Origin: a virus
DNA length: 64,000 bases
Virus record (IMG/VR): IMGVR_UViG_3300020450_000010
Coordinates: 32,001-96,000 of that record
Strand: one strand, 5' to 3'
Part shown: piece after piece, positions 30,801-38,808 of the stretch
Layout: each line of letters starts with the position of its first letter
How positions within the stretch are numbered: the stretch's first letter is position 1
Translations under genes and position numbers: made by a program
The notes under the pieces: generated by a model
Told to the model about the DNA's origin: nothing
Seen by the model: only the letters and a program-made list of their open reading frames with translations
The model's database searches: none

Positions 30801-33800
30801 CCATTTCATATGTGCTTTTGGTAGTATCCAATGTTTTGTGGATTTGTACAGCCTTGGTTGCAAATTTTTTCAAAAACATGCTGTAATTATTGCTTGCATG
30901 TTTTATACTTGCATAAAGATTTGTATCAGTATCCATAAGTAATTGACTTAACAATTCTGTACTGTATGGTTGTTGTCTAATTGTACCGCCAAACTCATGC
31001 ACATGAGGAAGATTTCTATAATTGTTTGTGCCAAAATAACCACCAGTAAAACCTGGAATACTTGTCATCTGTTCACGCATGTGTTCTATTAAATCTCCAA
31101 ATGTAATATTTGTAAAACTATTATTTTGTGGATTCAGCAAGTGTGTGTCGCTAGCTTGTTGAAATCCTTCAGCTGAATCACTGTAAGTGTTGTGTGTATG
31201 ATACTCTACTTCGTAAATATCATCTACTGCTAGTCCGCCATTTATTGTCAATATATTATTGCTTAGTGTATAGTTACTGGTTTCTATTCTATTTCTAAAT
31301 ACTTTTATATCAGTATCATTTGCAATAGTATTAAAGTAAATTACACCAAACGAATTAGGAGTTGCTGACAGCCTATATTTGATAGCAGTCACAGTGGGAG
31401 AAGTTACTACTATGGTAAAATCATTACCACTACCTGCTGTGCGTGTCAATCCACTACCTATTGCTGAACCGTCTATGTTTACGAATTCAACTTCTGACTG
31501 GGCGAACTGTGTTGTAATATTGTATGTGGTATTAGTTGAGAAAAATAATTCAGGATATTTGCCATTGACATCTGTCAAAACATTTGTTAATCCTGTATCC
31601 TTTTGTGTCTTTACATTAATAAATCCATGACGTTTGAACATTGTAACATGTCTATCAGTTGCAAAATCTGTATATCCTAAATCAAATACCATTGGCAATT
31701 GAGAGTTTGCACTTGTAACAGTTTTGCTTATTGTTCTCTTAACAGGCTGTCCGCCTCGCACCAAACTCCAACCATTAAAAGCATTGCCATCGAAATCTCT
31801 ATAAAAATATTGTCCTATTATTTCTTGGTTCAAACTTCTAAGTCCATCACTGCTTACTTTTGTGTATGTAAATCTATTGCTAAGGAATGGCATGCTAAAA
31901 TTCAAACCTGGACTATTGCCATAATCAGCATAGCTTGGACTAAATCCTAATGCGTCATCTTTTGCATTTGAATCATTGTGTACGTAATCAAATATACATG
32001 CACCAGTAAAATTATTTTCAGGATATACAGTTGTGTTACTAAGTATTACTCCATCTAAATCATAAAGCTCTGCGAGCATACCTTCACTTCTGTGTGTTTT
32101 TTGTTGACCATATACCCAAGTAGTGCCATTGTGATACCATTCACTACCTCCAAAGGCTTTTGCTTCTTCACCATCATCAAACTTTGTTGTGTTAAATGCA
32201 TTTATGACAACAACTTTATCATTTGTAACTATGTTAGTACTGGATGGTCCAAAAATTTCTGTAAGTGTAATTGAACTGCCTATTCCACCTACTGTAAATA
32301 TTTTTTCATTGTAAGTTGTATTACCGTTTCTTAAAAACAAAATACTATCACCATTCTCAAGCTCTTGAGGTGTTATCTGTTTCCAATATTCATAGTTCTC
32401 ACCATGTATAGGATTTCTTGCTGTAATATGATTTTTGATACATTGCCAGTAAGTACGTTTTGTATTTGGAGAAGTGCCAAGGTCAACATAGTATTGATCA
32501 CCTACTTCTGAACCTCCTACTCCTGCCGTCCATGCTGTATTAATACCTGTTATATTCCAGTCATACGCTGTTTGACCTACAATTGCTGTAGCAGGATCGA
32601 TTGTATTGTCTTCAATCAAATACGTTACATTTGCAATATGTCTTTTACCAAAGTTATATTTTTCAATACTAGCTTTGTATTCAATGATTGGTCTTACAGC
32701 TCTTACGCTGTCTTTTAAATAATCAGTATCAACTAAATTTTCAAATGTTATAATTGCTCTTGCGGTATCTTCATGTACCCAAAGGTTACTTCTTGCCCAA
32801 GCACTTTGGTCTGCTGAATATCTTTGCTCAACTACATAATCTCTTGTAGTCATTTTATATTCTTGTAAATCAAATGGTCTAAAGTCAAAACTACTTGCAG
32901 TTTCGTCAAACCCAGTTGGTTCTTGACTACTGTAAACTGTATGATTAATCCAAACTCTATCGCTATAACTACCTTCTACCTGTCCACTTATAAACTGTCT
33001 TGTAAGTTTTATACCATTGGCATCACCCACACCATCAACTATATAAATGTCGCCTACTGGATAGTTACCACTTGTACTCTTAGAATAAAATGTGTGTATT
33101 TCAATTTCATCTGTCAATGCAGGAGCTGTTGCGAATGTAACTACACCAGTTGCACTGTTATATGAATAATGTGTTGTTAAAGTCTGTAGTAAATTATTTT
33201 TGTAAACTTTTAATGTTTGAGCTGTAGTTACTGTAGCAGTAAATGTTGTGTTGCCTGAACTGCTTTGAGTAAACCTATCGATCTGTGTTGGCATAAATCT
33301 AATACGCATACCATTTTGTAGTGCAAGTGTATTGCTTGTACTCAAAGCAGGAGTTGTATAGTTTACTTCACCTATCAGTGTATCAATATCAATTATATCA
33401 GTACTAGTTGCTTTGATACTTGCTGGAGGTAATGTGTCTAATAACCAAAAATATTTGTGATAGTTAATAAACATATCATAGTTTATAGGTATATCAAGTG
33501 TGTAACCTTTTTCATTTAAAAGTTTACTATGATTGTTAATATCAACTTCGTTGTATTTTAACGTGTTTAATAAATCATTGTAAGGCAAAACCTGTGTAAT
33601 TGCATTTTGGTTTGTTTGATCTTTGTTTACCAATGCAGGTACAAATTGATAATTATCATCTGCTCTGCTGTCGTCAATGTAACTTGTGTTAACTGTGTCT
33701 TTGAAAAACTTCTGTCCTACATAATTTTTTACAGGTTGTAAACTACCTGTTGACAGCAATTGTTCCAGTGTTGTATCTAAAAACTGTTTGTTGACTTCTG

Positions 33801-33915
33801 TTTGGAAAACATTTGGTAAAAGACCAGTTATGTCTCTTGTACCTGTAAATTTTTTGCTTGCACCAGGAGTTGTAATTAGTGGTGCTACAATAGGATTTGC
33901 TTTGCGTTCGCTCAT
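21889..33915 (-). CDS. Giant (4008 aa) baseplate wedge/virion protein with inserted repeat domains
   Basis: Uninterrupted 12-kb ORF directly downstream of gp6; contains beta-propeller repeats, CBM-like and flagellar-type repeats. Confidence 0.8.
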   Translation of the reverse strand: MSERKANPIVAPLITTPGASKKFTGTRDITGLLPNVFQTEVNKQFLDTTLEQLLSTGSLQPVKNYVGQKFFKDTVNTSYIDDSRADDNYQFVPALVNKDQTNQNAITQVLPYNDLLNTLKYNEVDINNHSKLLNEKGYTLDIPINYDMFINYHKYFWLLDTLPPASIKATSTDIIDIDTLIGEVNYTTPALSTSNTLALQNGMRIRFMPTQIDRFTQSSSGNTTFTATVTTAQTLKVYKNNLLQTLTTHYSYNSATGVVTFATAPALTDEIEIHTFYSKSTSGNYPVGDIYIVDGVGDANGIKLTRQFISGQVEGSYSDRVWINHTVYSSQEPTGFDETASSFDFRPFDLQEYKMTTRDYVVEQRYSADQSAWARSNLWVHEDTARAIITFENLVDTDYLKDSVRAVRPIIEYKASIEKYNFGKRHIANVTYLIEDNTIDPATAIVGQTAYDWNITGINTAWTAGVGGSEVGDQYYVDLGTSPNTKRTYWQCIKNHITARNPIHGENYEYWKQITPQELENGDSILFLRNGNTTYNEKIFTVGGIGSSITLTEIFGPSSTNIVTNDKVVVINAFNTTKFDDGEEAKAFGGSEWYHNGTTWVYGQQKTHRSEGMLAELYDLDGVILSNTTVYPENNFTGACIFDYVHNDSNAKDDALGFSPSYADYGNSPGLNFSMPFLSNRFTYTKVSSDGLRSLNQEIIGQYFYRDFDGNAFNGWSLVRGGQPVKRTISKTVTSANSQLPMVFDLGYTDFATDRHVTMFKRHGFINVKTQKDTGLTNVLTDVNGKYPELFFSTNTTYNITTQFAQSEVEFVNIDGSAIGSGLTRTAGSGNDFTIVVTSPTVTAIKYRLSATPNSFGVIYFNTIANDTDIKVFRNRIETSNYTLSNNILTINGGLAVDDIYEVEYHTHNTYSDSAEGFQQASDTHLLNPQNNSFTNITFGDLIEHMREQMTSIPGFTGGYFGTNNYRNLPHVHEFGGTIRQQPYSTELLSQLLMDTDTNLYASIKHASNNYSMFLKKFATKAVQIHKTLDTTKSTYEMVDKILEEMNLGKNKEMQFAQSNMALYRDYESKDYSFQTTMTKVFDLPQSVNTYDDTENHVQVWVQDDDGAGNLRWRSLIKDIDYTLDSNKVTITGSVAYPSSGVAKTHIRWYKRDSVSFVPNSAVKLGLIKPYTPELRSDYSESSNGTATTNVITRHDGSIHIRKGTEIYDRSKAGYDPVDAAIFDLECRIYNNLNSTLDNVDNIKNYMPNAHRANRYSWTQIQNSIVSEFNKWKVANSYTDLQSTTYYSGADKFTWNYSSVSPNIGGWRGIYHYFFNTDRPHTHPWEMLGHNKKPTWWNTYYSWTNAPKRSALITALRYGKVNDPSTNDVFDINYSYDNYDWANNTLVTNTATLNDPDTANVVSTPTLANRTKDFVYGDWGPVEAEWRRSPEYRIAEFLSLAKTRPLIAVNNYFKLNERSTKDLTSYDKPQIYSVDSKKLSNFKATGVSGVLQTGKIIESVIVKNGGTGYTSAPTIVINDNFGSGATLTAFVQNGSVVSVSVTNAGKDYYNNPKLTLSSGSAVLETVLAEEPKRYFGGLQNAVIEFAKSLNVGSTTIQTRMSSMDFNPIVKAGGFVNNNQKFMLESSQDKGRVFVPEENFTTILFNSKPTAEYFISGVIVDKVATGYKINGYDNDKMFFEYFKPNTASAPIKQTFSVDIFRYNEYATTKTILNYNTILPTMQDVYNFLLGYGECLAQQGFTQNWRGSASNFINYAIGSTTDTLYLIPDNSKIIVNDGADGYFDNLESKYDGIFNINNKLGQKIQPTDLIIDRNLMIPSSDTTFKVKKSTTQIFGLRLYKTSVEHLIVFDNTTNFDDTIYNASIGQRHKRIQWNGSRTKDWNGKFYSPGFIVTDNTIISNFDSLAEQTDQYLGRTKTLSNSQVSDVARFNIGYNPPSWANNLDLDEDSLFEFVKGTYKYKGTKYALDAFLKNKGLFDGDSTGELYEEWAVRMGDFGDTRSRETLEFELTPDLLITSPQPVRFFSTQKYDVLTDTTIDIDTKSPLLVTGTPGDYFDTRAVKTYTETGITAEDAFANDFVSAGLPLLTEADFKVLNREGLLAFPNTINSEYDFTGDWEKPTPWETNVSYKFNDQIMYNGSTWEMVDPKGYSGLATSSQPIEVVGTITLPIVPASGGTLIIDGNTISLTKSTTQTTLNVINKIGTQDIATSNVVTHGSTLILGATSALSSTITFQNSSSNVTYNNITKDGIVSNPSFVGSATKTLIIDGNTITFDDTVSTTNNITAQTALENAFNANGLSNVTTLATNRINALESLRLGYVSANSASAWTTFMTDYFNPSNAGIDLTLLLNAYNTNPAYKTQLGSLITSDVAIINANQGTSYVAIDVLAGTSVVASSDITATQNAIDNGTHIAAFATYIKANPTVVLATSTVVTTTSGTTFKTYTLADIVQKINSAGIGNLTASNSSNFLRLVKTTSTPAVQFTLVISAGTANTDVGFQSATETITSTSSTTVTNPNLTLAQVVQQINDAGISNISAVVNSANNNLLQINCSASSLFIGTGTANSIVGLTTGVTPAGTTSTTINVALDINDIVDKINTTTISGVTASNSNNRLKLTSNNSTLVIGAGTSNATVGLTAQTYTAATSVVSNVFNAIVNGVEVFKEMTNDPNVFSIWVADDSEFGSFNKGYQVYQTMDFGMYISNACAGPTNADDAEVTVARSPSTVTQAHNLVAGDYVLIRGSTTTPSIDGIHKVTFVDSANNAKFFIDEYIESEGKLGNIYPLRPVRFSSKTELDTVYNLKVNGVHKYNFNGVRQNNSLNKINIFVDDDSYDKSAVYNWSGDYTDANGHHNGSFTQTRTGQAQSLPTTNLQVKLYDARARTSIANLEIWDPAKGIIFGFIDKEIDYKLINDIGSYNYNTLNGEMTNLNAWKDEYVGVRWWDLSTAVYLDYEQSIIEYQQTNWGRLFPGASIDVYEWTRSTVLPEFWSQAVEDGIIIDGQEASGEAYFTIVNNEKVYNWTQQTYYNPKTRRDEVVYYFWVKNKLNYAGIRQYNVSQISQILKNPSAFDIAWAAPSLSNQLLLNNVSNFVTKNTVVQVTKNYTATNSMPLNDWTLLGEGDPNCYIPEYLHIKMRDSLAGFNNHTFDTTYSTWSNSTSYSVDAVVIRNGKYYISRKSSNQGSDPALDTAMTNWQQIYDFTFDDTTQIDDIKIWRGQHLPDYNLHPYNRYGHLIRPRQSLFRDVAEARQNFVFTVNDLLGEVNLIDEVVNWKNCFHATFEKGNVTYNIKDYVTLVDWNLVERDSDGNVTFEFNPNTVADFTFDSDTDRLNFIGNIPDGSYILIKTNQGNDGINRQRMLLFTGGVDKLVSMEKATVNLSEELWLESKFGHGFDAGGFGVLPYDSGSNDVIGKLMDLLRSEIFVHRHKVMYNRMWFKLLYSAILQNTTDDFAFKTSYVKLRVKHPLLTNKETYQRYQISVVEDYFESIKPFHTKLLDLTESNTHIEATMAEMEEVSRQTAITMIYNDHTLCEWNGDEILDGGLFTTDMETTATNIDESSFTTLDSSYDNIADGDIFANPRYQYCDGELYPTDFTENIAIAVQTNLPGTVTAGATYSVNAQETNPRGITFNTDGTKMFIIGTTGDDVNEYTLSTGFDLTSTVAFVDSYAVTQCPNPTAVKFNSDGTKMFVTGTGNSNVHEYALTTGFDVSTASFTQTLVTTVDSDNFGLDFKDDGTKMYITGDQNNKIYEYNLSSAFDISTATFNQDLTMTAIDVEPFGIEWSPDGKRLFVVGTRGNGVDLWKLTTPWDISTATHEEFYFIGGNPSGIHISPDGHNMFITGNNADLVKSYALSSPYAFTEGSQLTSDSRTYRMSMYMPNNIQLSNVIVDTNKTTTTAAVTGLDTTIPVTDATKLDNPDTVYGTGEVPGVVYIGSERIEYSAISGNNLLFCTRGTLGTSAKAHDSGATVVNSGATTRIPILEKFSDYGDNLRLAYNDSGISLSAAGISPEHAFIRNAGQGSI
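22380..23110 (-). repeat. About five ~46-aa beta-propeller blade repeats within the 4008-aa protein
   Basis: PRGITFNTDGTKMFIIG / PTAVKFNSDGTKMFVTG / FGLDFKDDGTKMYITG / PFGIEWSPDGKRLFVVG / PSGIHISPDGHNMFITG; boundaries approximate. Confidence 0.85.
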
Positions 33916-36900
33916 TAGTATCCGCTCCCTGATGAACCACCACCGCCAGAACTACTACTTCCTCCGCCGGTAACACTTACGCTTGCACTTTCAGCAATTG
34001 TTGTACTGTTGCCAGTGATGCTATTTGCTACAACAATATTATTTGATTTTACTACGGGTAAAAATAATTCATCTCCAAAACTTGTAATTTCAAATAAGTC
34101 TCTAGATTCTGTTTCACTACCAACTGGTTGTATGGTAATTTGACTTATCTCTCCAACTAAATTGTTATGAATATATGCCGCCATTTCAGTAAAGTAAAAA
34201 TCTTCTCCAAAATCCCAATTGTTAATGTTAAAGTAATCATTTATAAGTGCAATTACTTTTTGCTTAACTTCTGTATCACTTAATGTGCTATTAGTAGTTT
34301 TGGTCACATTAAACCTAGCTTGTAACTCACCACTTGCTAAATCACCAAACAAAATTTTATATTTTACAGGTCTGTAAATTACTTGGTCACTAATTGATTT
34401 TTTGGTTTCTAAACTTGTAAATAAATTTGTAAGTTCACTAATAGTTGGTGGACTTGGTTTTGTTTCACTTCTACCATCATAGTTTGCCCAAGTTCTAAAA
34501 TCACTGTCATAACTATTGAGTAATACATAAGTGTCTACAATATTTGTCACTGACGGATCTATCAAATTAAAGATATCACTTATTCTGTCATACTGCATGT
34601 GCAGGTTTGCTTTACCATTTACAGTTGTTGATCCACTAGTATCAAATACAGTATATTCAAATCCGTCAACTGTTTTTGTACCTAACTTAATTGTTTGTCC
34701 AGCAAGTACTTTGTTAAAACTTTCTGGATCAGTAGGATAATCACTATTATCAGGATCAGCTACTGTAACTCTTACATTATGAGGATCTGTATAACCATCT
34801 TGATATGTAAAATATCCAAACAAGTTAAACTTATAATCTTTTCCTAATGGAGTTGCATTAGTATCAGTGGTTTTATTCATGCTTAAAACTTTAATACAAT
34901 CTCTTTGTGGTTTTTGCGTTTCACTGCTAAATGTTTCATTAAAATTTAAATTACCAAACTTTAGTTTTTGTGTGCTACCAAATACCATCTGTGTTCTTCT
35001 AGTCAACACTTCCCATTGAGTTGAACTATAATTCAACCTAATTAACCAACTGTTATCTCTGCCAGTATTTGTATTATCTGCTTCGTACTGTCTACTCCAT
35101 TGTGTTGCTAAATTATTTGCTGAAGTATTAGCAGGAATATTTGCTGTTTCGATTACTTTCCATTGTTGTGCATTTGCATCATATCTTAGTGCAAAACTAT
35201 TTTGTGCATTTATTTTGCTAACAACATCTGCTTTTGTTGTTGCATCTAAATCTGTATTAATGACAGGTACTATTCTATTGACTCTTGCACCTGCATTGAT
35301 AATGCCACTTAATACTACTGCGCCTTTACCTGTGTTGTCTATACCTGTTGGTGCACCAGCACTATCATCATCTCCAATTCCGTCTTTGTAAAGTCTATCT
35401 ATTTTTACCCATTGTGTTGGAGCGTCTAAAACTGTGGTAGTAGCTGTAGCATTGCTACCTCCTCCACCTGATATTGTGACAATTGTGGTTGCATCATATC
35501 CACTTCCGCTGTTGTTAACAACAATGTGGTCAACTACACCTGCTTGAACAACTGCTGTAGCTGTAGCGCCTGTGCCACTTCCACTTATGGTAACAGTTGG
35601 AGCACTTGTATATCCAGTACCGCCTTCTACTTTGGTAATTGCACTAATATAACCTGTCTTAAATGGTGTGCTTATAAATTCAACCAAACTGTTAAGACTT
35701 GCTTTTTTCAAACTGTTGGTTTGTGTAAGTCCTACTCTTTGCACATATGCAGTTCCGCCTGTGTTGTAGGTAAAATATCCACTGCATCCATTTGCGCCTT
35801 TTGTAATTTGATTCCAACGAAACACATTTGTTTCATCATTTAATGTTGAATTTACAACTGTAATACCTGCTGTAGTATCATTGAAGTCACTTTGACCATT
35901 ATACCCTGTGCTTGAGTATCCTTGTCTATTATAATAAAAATTCTTTAGCTCAGGATTACTTAACAATGGTTTAATATGTAAATCATAAATTTGTGCGCCT
36001 GACAATGTTGTAGGCATACTGATTAGACTTCTATTTGTTACATTGTTTTCATATACGTAGCCATCATCTGTATACTGTGTAGCATCATTGTATGTTGCTG
36101 TTGGATCATATATGTCTCTAAATCTACTGTGTCCGCTGTGTACTCTATTGATACTTTTTATCTTGCTAATATTCTCACTTACTGTCACAGGAAAAATACT
36201 ATAGTCATCTGCTGTAACCATTCTATCCTGTGTAGAAAAATATCTTGGAGCATTCGCCTTAATACTAGCAATGCTTTCACGTTCGCTTGCATTTGTTACA
36301 TTTGTTTTAAGACTGCAAATAAAGGTAGCATTATAATTGTTTCCGTCACTGCCAACATATTCTACAGTTAAATTTGTATTGTTAAAATTATTAGGTTGTA
36401 ATGAATAAGTTAGATTTAATCCAGTTCTATACCACACTCTTATTATACCACGTGGAATGTTACCAAAGTTACCATCTCCAAAAATAATACTAATCTGATC
36501 ATTTTCTCTGCTTGCAATTGTATAAACATCTCTGATATTATTTGCTTTCGCATTGAAGATAGTATTTGCGCCAAACTGTTTGTCTACTCTTGTCCAGCTT
36601 TTTTGCACTGTGCCTACTTCGTCTATTGTTTGCACCCATACGTTGCCACTTGCAACATTTTCAGAATTAATGTCCAACACAATATTAGAAATGCCTTCGT
36701 CGATTGTAAAGTCTTGATATTCTAAACTGCCTTGTTTAAAACCTACAAAAAATCCTGTATCAGCACTGGTGTTGCCACTATTATCATTTTTATACAATAA
36801 ATCTACTACACCATACGGATCTGGTGTTTTCTCTTCAAGTGTTTTTGTTGCAGTGTTTGCTTTTACACTGTAGAAACTAAAAGTTGTACTTCTATTGTTT

Positions 36901-37511
36901 ACTAAATTTTGAAAATTTCTTACTGCAATATTTGAAATACTGTTTGTTCTGTAAATTTCATTGGTGATACCACCACTGCTAAATTTGCTGAATGGAGAAC
37001 CATACTGACTGCTAGATTGAAATATTGCATTCATAATTGTTAAAAAGTTTTGATAACTGTTAGGGTCTGTGCTATCATCAAATTGCACACTTACATTTGC
37101 TAAACTTTGGCCACTTGCATCAAATACATTTTCATTTGTTTTTACACTATCTATTTTAAGATAACCGTTAGCAACTACATTTCTGGTTGGAGTATATCCT
37201 AAAAATTCAGCAATACGTAAGGCGCTTTCTCTGCGTTCTGCTGTGCTTAAATAATTTTCTCTGCTGGCTAGGTCTGCTCTAAATGCTAAGTTGTGACCTA
37301 GAAAAGCCATAAGTTCTATTAAACTTACAAATTCACTTGAGTTGATCCAGTCATTGTAGTTTTCTGGATAGTTTTTGTTTATGTAGTCCACCATTGCGTT
37401 TCTTATGGTTTCATAATCATACGCTTGGAAGTTTGCTTCGCTGAAACTTTCGTAAACAACGCTGAAGTCTTCTGCGGCAAATAAACTACTTTGTCTTGCG
37501 CCTTGTGCCAT
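33915..37511 (-). CDS. Baseplate wedge subunit, T4 gp6-like
   Basis: YDYETIR..M.DY, LIELMAFLG...FRADL..RENYLSTAERRES and ESIASIKANAPRYFSTQDRMVTADDY. Confidence 0.9.
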   Translation of the reverse strand: MAQGARQSSLFAAEDFSVVYESFSEANFQAYDYETIRNAMVDYINKNYPENYNDWINSSEFVSLIELMAFLGHNLAFRADLASRENYLSTAERRESALRIAEFLGYTPTRNVVANGYLKIDSVKTNENVFDASGQSLANVSVQFDDSTDPNSYQNFLTIMNAIFQSSSQYGSPFSKFSSGGITNEIYRTNSISNIAVRNFQNLVNNRSTTFSFYSVKANTATKTLEEKTPDPYGVVDLLYKNDNSGNTSADTGFFVGFKQGSLEYQDFTIDEGISNIVLDINSENVASGNVWVQTIDEVGTVQKSWTRVDKQFGANTIFNAKANNIRDVYTIASRENDQISIIFGDGNFGNIPRGIIRVWYRTGLNLTYSLQPNNFNNTNLTVEYVGSDGNNYNATFICSLKTNVTNASERESIASIKANAPRYFSTQDRMVTADDYSIFPVTVSENISKIKSINRVHSGHSRFRDIYDPTATYNDATQYTDDGYVYENNVTNRSLISMPTTLSGAQIYDLHIKPLLSNPELKNFYYNRQGYSSTGYNGQSDFNDTTAGITVVNSTLNDETNVFRWNQITKGANGCSGYFTYNTGGTAYVQRVGLTQTNSLKKASLNSLVEFISTPFKTGYISAITKVEGGTGYTSAPTVTISGSGTGATATAVVQAGVVDHIVVNNSGSGYDATTIVTISGGGGSNATATTTVLDAPTQWVKIDRLYKDGIGDDDSAGAPTGIDNTGKGAVVLSGIINAGARVNRIVPVINTDLDATTKADVVSKINAQNSFALRYDANAQQWKVIETANIPANTSANNLATQWSRQYEADNTNTGRDNSWLIRLNYSSTQWEVLTRRTQMVFGSTQKLKFGNLNFNETFSSETQKPQRDCIKVLSMNKTTDTNATPLGKDYKFNLFGYFTYQDGYTDPHNVRVTVADPDNSDYPTDPESFNKVLAGQTIKLGTKTVDGFEYTVFDTSGSTTVNGKANLHMQYDRISDIFNLIDPSVTNIVDTYVLLNSYDSDFRTWANYDGRSETKPSPPTISELTNLFTSLETKKSISDQVIYRPVKYKILFGDLASGELQARFNVTKTTNSTLSDTEVKQKVIALINDYFNINNWDFGEDFYFTEMAAYIHNNLVGEISQITIQPVGSETESRDLFEITSFGDELFLPVVKSNNIVVANSITGNSTTIAESASVSVTGGGSSSSGGGGSSGSGY

Positions 37512-37876
37512 TAGTTCTGCTCACCTGTATATGTTAGAAACAGTTCTTCTGCTGTTCCTGTATCAATGTATTCTAATCGAACACGAACTTCTAAAGAATG
37601 TTCGTCTGTTTTGTTAAGTATAGCTTCAATATATTTCCATCTAGGATCATTGTTTACAATTTCTGTAATATCCTGTAGTGCATCTTGTTGTGTTGTAATA
37701 TCCAAGGGTTCAAATACTAGTTCAGGTAGTATGCTTCCAAACTTTGGATTCATTACTCTTTCACCTTTGCGTGTTTGCAAATGATTCATTAGATCTCTCT
37801 TAGCAAGATCAACATCTTCAAGACGTTTACTGCCTGTTATTTGATCCACACTGCTATATCCTATATAAGTTACCAT
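37511..37876 (-). CDS. Baseplate wedge subunit, T4 gp25-like
   Basis: DLMNHLQTRKGERVMNPKFGSILPELVFEP and DPRW motifs. Confidence 0.92.
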   Translation of the reverse strand: MVTYIGYSSVDQITGSKRLEDVDLAKRDLMNHLQTRKGERVMNPKFGSILPELVFEPLDITTQQDALQDITEIVNNDPRWKYIEAILNKTDEHSLEVRVRLEYIDTGTAEELFLTYTGEQN

Positions 37877-37881
37877 ACTAA

Positions 37882-37889
37882 TATTTATT
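37882..37889 (-). promoter_or_regulatory. T4-type late promoter-like element (AATAAATA)
   Basis: One mismatch to TATAAATA, 5 nt upstream of the gp25 ATG. Confidence 0.55.
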
Positions 37890-37908
37890 GCAAAATTAAC
37901 TACACAGT

Positions 37909-38808
37909 TTATATTTTTATGATAGTTTCAATATAATCATCAGTTGTTAGTGTTTTTGTAACAGTCAGTGTTGTTCCACTTACTGTAAAGTCAAACAAAT
38001 GTTGTATTATATCACCATTAACGATGACTTGTAGCTTTTCAACAGGTGTCATACTAGGTGCTTTATTCAATGTGAACGTACTTGTACCACTAAAGGTAAA
38101 CGCTTGTCTAATCAATGACTTTGTGTATTTGTTTGATATGTCTCTTTTTATACCTTCTGGTGTAAAAGGCAAAAATTTAAGTGTTTCAGCATAGTAAGCA
38201 AATCTAGCTTTTCTTAAATCACTTGTTGTTAACAAATTCTTTTCGTTTTGATCACGCATATTAAAGATGCCGTTGGTTCTCATCCATGTTCTGTTTTTAT
38301 TTTTACCATAATCTGCTAATCTTAGCACTGTAGCCGATTTTATACACTTTTCGTTGTTGATATCACTGCGTTTTATCATATCAGCTACTGTATCATATGC
38401 TTTTGTTTTTAGATGTGGTAATAAATTGTACTGTCCTTCTACTGCATCTACATAAAATATTTTACCTGTAGCCCAATTTAATAAAACTAAACCATCATAA
38501 ACACTTTGGCTAATACGTTTTATGCCATTTGCTTCTATTTGATCTTTTACTAGTTTTTGTTGCTTGTTAAATTCAGTCGTCCATATGTCATATGCTTGTT
38601 GTTCTGTTATTCCTGTATCAACACTGCTTTCACCATATGCAAAACCGTTATAACCAATATACCTAGCAAAATTAAGTGCAACTGATTCACATGCATCACT
38701 TGCATTTACACTATCTATTTCTAATTCTGTATGATACAAGTGATGACTTTGTACAATAAAATCATCCCATACAGTTTGATAACGTCTTGCTACAGTATCT
38801 AATGACAT
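37909..38808 (-). CDS. Lysozyme-like (GH24-related) baseplate protein, apparently degenerate
   Basis: AYG...GITEQQA...ISQSVYDGLVLLNWATG resembles the GH24 helices; catalytic Glu region not evident; small C-terminal beta domain. Confidence 0.55.
   Translation of the reverse strand: MSLDTVARRYQTVWDDFIVQSHHLYHTELEIDSVNASDACESVALNFARYIGYNGFAYGESSVDTGITEQQAYDIWTTEFNKQQKLVKDQIEANGIKRISQSVYDGLVLLNWATGKIFYVDAVEGQYNLLPHLKTKAYDTVADMIKRSDINNEKCIKSATVLRLADYGKNKNRTWMRTNGIFNMRDQNEKNLLTTSDLRKARFAYYAETLKFLPFTPEGIKRDISNKYTKSLIRQAFTFSGTSTFTLNKAPSMTPVEKLQVIVNGDIIQHLFDFTVSGTTLTVTKTLTTDDYIETIIKI

Noticed and set aside
21889-33915. Intein, frameshift or stop-codon recoding as the cause of the 4008-aa length
   Set aside because: No intein splice or LAGLIDADG motifs were seen, the frame is open in the standard code, and TAA, TAG and TGA all terminate genes in this window.
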